Part shown: positions 59,770 to 64,000 of the stretch, piece after piece
Layout: each line of letters starts with the position of its first letter
Position numbering within the stretch: position 1 is the stretch's first letter
Source: a virus
Lineage: Duplodnaviria; Caudoviricetes
Virus record (IMG/VR): IMGVR_UViG_3300046820_001270
Coordinates: 224,001-288,000 of that record
Reading direction: 5' to 3' (one strand)
Length of the DNA stretch: 64,000 bases
Position numbers and translations under genes: made by a program
Notes under the pieces: model-generated
Databases searched by the model: none
Told to the model about the DNA's origin: nothing
Seen by the model: the letters and a program-made list of their open reading frames with translations, nothing else

Positions 59770-60471
59770 ATGTTAGAGAAAAAATTATTAGAAGAAGTAA
59801 AACGTTTTAATTCCATCAATAAGTATGGTAAGAAAATGATTATGGAGCAAGACGCTCCTCCTGAAGCGCCAGCTGAAGATCCATTAGGAGACGTTCCTCC
59901 TCCACCTCCAGCAGGTGGTGACGCACCAACAGACGTTCCTCCTCCACCTCCAGCAGGTGGTGATGCACCAATGGGTGACGTTCCTCCCCCACCTTCAGCA
60001 GGTGGTGATATGGACACACCTCCAATGGGAGATGCAATGGGTGGTGATACTGAAGAAATTGATATTACAGATTTAGTTAATATGACTAAGAATATCAAAA
60101 ACGATCTTGAAAGTAATAAACAAGACAATTCTGCAGTTATAAATAAAATGGACGATGTATTCACTAAATTGAATGACTTAGAAGGTAAATTGGCTCAAAT
60201 GGACCAAGTTATGGCTAAGATCGATCAATTGGGTGCGACGGTTGAGGCTAATAGACCTAAAACTGAAGTTGAGAAATTAGAAATGAGATCTTTAGATTCA
60301 TATCCATTTAACGAAAAACCACAAGAGTTTTTTTCACACAAACAAAGTGAAATGAGAGCGAGTGGTAAGAATGAGTATGTCTTAACAAAGGACGATGTTG
60401 AAAATTATCCGGTTGACCAAATAAGATCATCATTTAACCAAGAAGACCAAAAAGATGAATATAGCTTCTAA
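59770..60471 (+). CDS. Acidic Pro-rich and coiled-coil late protein
   Basis: Three DVPPPP(P/S)AGGD repeats (42-45 bp period from 59890); N-terminal LLEEVKRF. Confidence 0.6.
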   Translation: MLEKKLLEEVKRFNSINKYGKKMIMEQDAPPEAPAEDPLGDVPPPPPAGGDAPTDVPPPPPAGGDAPMGDVPPPPSAGGDMDTPPMGDAMGGDTEEIDITDLVNMTKNIKNDLESNKQDNSAVINKMDDVFTKLNDLEGKLAQMDQVMAKIDQLGATVEANRPKTEVEKLEMRSLDSYPFNEKPQEFFSHKQSEMRASGKNEYVLTKDDVENYPVDQIRSSFNQEDQKDEYSF

Positions 60472-60826
60472 AATAAAGTTCCTTATGGAACTTCAGGCTC
60501 AAGTTAAGATTAACCATTGGCAAACCAAGGGTTATGCAAGACATAAAGCTTTCGATGAACTTTACGGAGGTTTAGTTGACTTAACTGATACATTTGCAGA
60601 GGCTGCGATGGGTAAGTACGGTAGATTTACATTGGAGAATGACGATAAAACATTAAACATTGTGAATTTAACCGAATTAGATTTAAAAGAGATGTTACAA
60701 ACATCTAAAGAGGCTTTAATTCAATGGTCAAGTGAGTTCGATTCGACAGATACGGATATAATGAATATACGTGATGAGATTTTGGGATTATTAAATAAAA
60801 TAACATATCTATTAACATTAGATTAA
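60455..60826 (+). CDS. Ferritin/Dps-like four-helix protein (DUF5856-like)
   Basis: HWQT..YARHKAFDELY..L..LTD.FAE...GKYGR...RDEI motif. Confidence 0.7.
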   Translation: MNIASKIKFLMELQAQVKINHWQTKGYARHKAFDELYGGLVDLTDTFAEAAMGKYGRFTLENDDKTLNIVNLTELDLKEMLQTSKEALIQWSSEFDSTDTDIMNIRDEILGLLNKITYLLTLD

Positions 60827-60842
60827 AATAAAAAAATAAGAA

Positions 60843-61076
60843 ATGGCAATAACAAACGCATCGACAAGACGTACAACTTCGGTTAATGCATTTACAGGAT
60901 TAACATATGTTGATACAATAATAGGTACTGCAGCAAGTAACGGACTTTTTTCTGTTGTAGTGGAAGGTAATTATATTGATGATACAATCACAGGATCAAT
61001 AGTAAGTGCTGGATATGTAGTAAAAAAGAAATTTGACGATATGGGAACTTACCCAAGATATACCATAAATTGGTAA
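60843..61076 (+). CDS. Small hypothetical protein
   Basis: 77-aa ORF ending the operon. Confidence 0.6.
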   Translation: MAITNASTRRTTSVNAFTGLTYVDTIIGTAASNGLFSVVVEGNYIDDTITGSIVSAGYVVKKKFDDMGTYPRYTINW

Positions 61077-61101
61077 TCTAAAAATACTTTAAAAATAATT
61101 G

Positions 61102-61130
61102 AACCCAGATTTTATAGTCTGGGTTTTTTT
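61102..61130 (+). terminator. Intrinsic terminator
   Basis: AACCCAGAT-TTTATA-GTCTGGGTT plus T tract. Confidence 0.8.
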
Positions 61131-61176
61131 ATGTATATTTTAGTATAAATGATTTTATAATTTAAATTTTAATTCT

Positions 61177-62019
61177 ATGAGTACATTTGATGCAGTACTT
61201 GCACAGTACGAGAAAAACAAAAACGCCACAGGTGGCAACAACAACAAGATATCCTCTGAGGATAGATTAAAACGTTATTTCACAACCGTATTACAAAAAG
61301 GTTCTAAGGGTGAAGAAAGACGTATCCGTATTTTACCTACAAAAGATGGTTCTTCACCATTCGTAGAGGTAAAGTTTCACGAAGTTCAAGTGGACGGAAA
61401 ATGGGTAAAATTATATGACCCAGCACAAGAAGGAAAACGTTCTCCATTAAATGAGGTTTACGAAGGATTGATGATGAGTGGTGTGGATTCTGACAAAGAA
61501 TTGGCACGTAACTATCGTTCTCGTAAGTTTTATATCGTTAAAGTGATCGATCGTGATCATGAAGCGGATGGAGTTAAATTTTGGAGATTTAAACATAATC
61601 ACAAAGGTGATGGTGTTATTGATAAAATCTTCCCAATCTTCCGTAACAAAGGAGATGTTACCAATCCTGAAAATGGTCGTGATTTAATCTTGTCTTTAGC
61701 CTTAACAAAGGCGGGTACAGGTAAAGAGTACACAGTTATCAATTCAGTATTAAACGATGATCCAAGTCCACTACATACTGACGCAGACGTCGCAAAAACG
61801 TGGTTAGATGATGAGTTAACTTGGTCTGATGTTTACTCTAAGAAAGGTGAAGATTATTTAGAAATGGTTGCAAGAGGTGAAGTTCCACGTTGGGACACAG
61901 CAAGTAGCAAATGGGTTTCTAATTTGACAACAGAAGAAACTATCGGAGCGGTGAAGACTTCTACTCCTGTTGTTGATCCACAAGACGATGCAGATGTAGA
62001 TGGTGATTTACCATTCTAA
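61177..62019 (+). CDS. Single-stranded DNA-binding protein (gp32-like)
   Basis: RIRILP...PF..V..H, Y...FYIVKVIDR, GRDLIL patterns and acidic DDADVDGDLPF tail. Confidence 0.85.
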   Translation: MSTFDAVLAQYEKNKNATGGNNNKISSEDRLKRYFTTVLQKGSKGEERRIRILPTKDGSSPFVEVKFHEVQVDGKWVKLYDPAQEGKRSPLNEVYEGLMMSGVDSDKELARNYRSRKFYIVKVIDRDHEADGVKFWRFKHNHKGDGVIDKIFPIFRNKGDVTNPENGRDLILSLALTKAGTGKEYTVINSVLNDDPSPLHTDADVAKTWLDDELTWSDVYSKKGEDYLEMVARGEVPRWDTASSKWVSNLTTEETIGAVKTSTPVVDPQDDADVDGDLPF

Positions 62020-62073
62020 TTATTAACGGAGGGGTGGAGATAACGTCAGAAACCCCATTTTTAAAAACAAATT

Positions 62074-63054
62074 ATGGCAGGTATTAAAAAAACAGACTTT
62101 TCGGCAATTAAGAAGAAATTCTCTAAAGAAGCCGAGTACAAACCAGATCGTTTCTTCGATTTGGGTAATGCCTTCTTGGATGCATGTGGTATTCCGGGTC
62201 CTGCAATGGGTCACATCAATATGTTATTAGGACATAGCGATACGGGTAAAACAACCGCACTTGTAAAGTCGGCGGTAGATGCTCAAAAGAAAGGTGTTGT
62301 TCCTGTGTTTATTATTACTGAACAAAAATGGAGTTGGGATCATGCTGAATTAATGGGTTTTGATAGAAACGGAGATTATCTTTTCAATAGTGATTTTGAA
62401 TATATCGAACAAATTACAGAATATATCAATGAACTATTAGACGCACAAGAGAAAGGAGATTTACCTCACGATTTATTAATCTTATGGGATTCAGTAGGTT
62501 CAGTTCCATGTAAAATGACTTACGATGGTAAAGGTGGTAAACAACACAATGCGTCGGTTTTAGCTGACAAAATTGGAATGGGTATCAACCAACGTATTTC
62601 AGGTTCAAGAAGAACAGATAAACCTTATACGAACTCTTTAATCATTGTTAACCAACCTTGGGTAGAATTACCTGACAATCCTTTCGGACAACCGAAAATT
62701 AAAGCAAAAGGTGGAGAAGCAATTTGGTTAAACTCAAGTATCGTATTCTTATTTGGTAATCAAAAAGGAGCGGGAACAACGAAAATCTCTATCACAAAAG
62801 ATAAGAGAAAAGTAAAAATTGCAACAAGAACAAAAATCTCTATCATGAAAAACCACATCAATGGTTTGGGATATGAAGACGGACGTATCTTGGTTACATC
62901 ACACGGATTTATGCCAGGTAGAGAAGATTCTGAAGAGAAGAAATCTATCGAGGATTATAAAAAAGAAAGTGGTGATTACATCAGTAAGATGTTAGGTGTT
63001 AATGTTACAGACATCACAGACGTAGAAGTTGTAACAGAAGAAAGTGATCTTTAA
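62074..63054 (+). CDS. recA: RecA/UvsX-like recombinase
   Basis: GHSDTGKT Walker A, WDSVG Walker B, IIVNQ and GGEA motifs. Confidence 0.9.
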   Translation: MAGIKKTDFSAIKKKFSKEAEYKPDRFFDLGNAFLDACGIPGPAMGHINMLLGHSDTGKTTALVKSAVDAQKKGVVPVFIITEQKWSWDHAELMGFDRNGDYLFNSDFEYIEQITEYINELLDAQEKGDLPHDLLILWDSVGSVPCKMTYDGKGGKQHNASVLADKIGMGINQRISGSRRTDKPYTNSLIIVNQPWVELPDNPFGQPKIKAKGGEAIWLNSSIVFLFGNQKGAGTTKISITKDKRKVKIATRTKISIMKNHINGLGYEDGRILVTSHGFMPGREDSEEKKSIEDYKKESGDYISKMLGVNVTDITDVEVVTEESDL

Positions 63055-63063
63055 ATTTAACAA

Positions 63064-64000
63064 ATGTCGGTTTTACTTGTTGATGGGGATAATCTATTAA
63101 CTATTGGTTATTACGGAGCGAAGAATGTGTTTTACAAGGGAACTCACATCGGTGGTATCTACCACTTTCTAAACACCCTAAGAAGATCTTTTGAGGAATA
63201 CCAATTAGACAAGATTGTTGTTTTTTGGGACGGACTTGAGGGTTCACAAACCAGAAGAAAGATATATTCTCACTACAAGGAAAATAGAAGACAAAGAGTT
63301 AGAACAGAAGAAGATTTACAATCTTACTTATATCAGAGAGATAGAATTAAACAATATCTTGAAGAACTATATGTAAGACAAGGGGAATTTGAGTATTGTG
63401 AGACTGATGACAACATCGCTTACTATACTCAAAACTCACCCGAAGAAAGAAAAATTATTTATTCATCAGACGGGGATTTAACTCAACTCGTTTCAGAAAA
63501 CACACAAGTTTACAATCCTTCACACAGGAAATTATATTCACAGAACGATATAATCATTTACGATCACGAAGAAATCCTCATAGAGAATGTTCGTTTGGTT
63601 AAAATGATATGTGGAGACTCATCAGATAACATTGCGGGAATAAGAGGAATGGGACTTAAAAGATTATTGTCTTTGATCCCTGAACTAAGAAATCAACCAA
63701 TTACAGTTGATCAGGTTAAAGATAGATGTAACATATTATTTGAACAAGACAAACACAATAAGTTAATTGCTAATTTATTGACAGGTGTTACAAAACACGG
63801 AGTACTTGGTGAGGAATTCTTCGACGTAAACCAAAGGATAGTAAGTTTGGACGAACCGTTTTTAACAACTGAAGCAAAAGAGACAATAGACCTACTGATT
63901 AGTGAACCATTAGACCAAGAGGGTAGATCATATAAAAACGCGATGAAGATGATGCAAGAAGACGGACTCTTCAACGTACTACCAAAATCGGAAGATGCTT
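63064..64000 (+). CDS. 5'-3' exonuclease/flap nuclease (T4 RNase H-like), runs off the window and is absent from the ORF track
   Basis: LLVDGDN, VFWDG, ETDD, SSDGDL and CGDSSDNIAGIRGMG motifs; no stop before 64000. Confidence 0.9.
   Translation, partial: MSVLLVDGDNLLTIGYYGAKNVFYKGTHIGGIYHFLNTLRRSFEEYQLDKIVVFWDGLEGSQTRRKIYSHYKENRRQRVRTEEDLQSYLYQRDRIKQYLEELYVRQGEFEYCETDDNIAYYTQNSPEERKIIYSSDGDLTQLVSENTQVYNPSHRKLYSQNDIIIYDHEEILIENVRLVKMICGDSSDNIAGIRGMGLKRLLSLIPELRNQPITVDQVKDRCNILFEQDKHNKLIANLLTGVTKHGVLGEEFFDVNQRIVSLDEPFLTTEAKETIDLLISEPLDQEGRSYKNAMKMMQEDGLFNVLPKSEDA

Noticed and set aside
1-64000. Stop-codon reassignment as in some large phages
   Set aside because: Core genes are full length under the standard bacterial code and TAG serves as a stop (for example phoH)

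Overview
A 64-kb segment of a large, AT-rich (about 30% GC by eye) T4-like myophage, very probably infecting Bacteroidota. Host evidence: TTTG-N19/20-TAnnTTTG-type promoters, A-rich leaders without Shine-Dalgarno sequences, a Bacteroidota-type bS21 and a DUF4494-like gene. It contains the head module (terminase, portal, prohead protease, scaffold, major capsid) with a phage ribosomal protein bS21 gene inserted antisense, as in described bS21 phages. A minus-strand block follows, with probable virion cargo, a baseplate spike, a gp55-like sigma, three glycosyltransferases, PhoH and dUTPase. Further on are Pro/Thr- and Gly-X-Y-repeat fibre genes, a family B DNA polymerase, an SNF2 helicase, neck, sheath, tube, tape measure and baseplate genes, then SSB, RecA and a truncated 5'-3' exonuclease. 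No tRNA, CRISPR array, integrase or mobile element was seen. Best leads: (1) a hidden +1 frameshift ORF at TTT-TTT-CGT extending the tail assembly chaperone; (2) a 22-copy sense-strand TATTTAT(A/T) late motif, half of them 3-5 nt from the ATG, implying leaderless late mRNAs including that of bS21; (3) a shared LxE(N/Q)(I/V)xRIKxLM tag and xxE-delimited micro-domains, suggesting a scaffold-mimicking capsid cargo system that includes a lone WYL domain; (4) a parS-like palindrome in a structured intergenic region. All functional calls come from motif recognition by eye; no database search was run.
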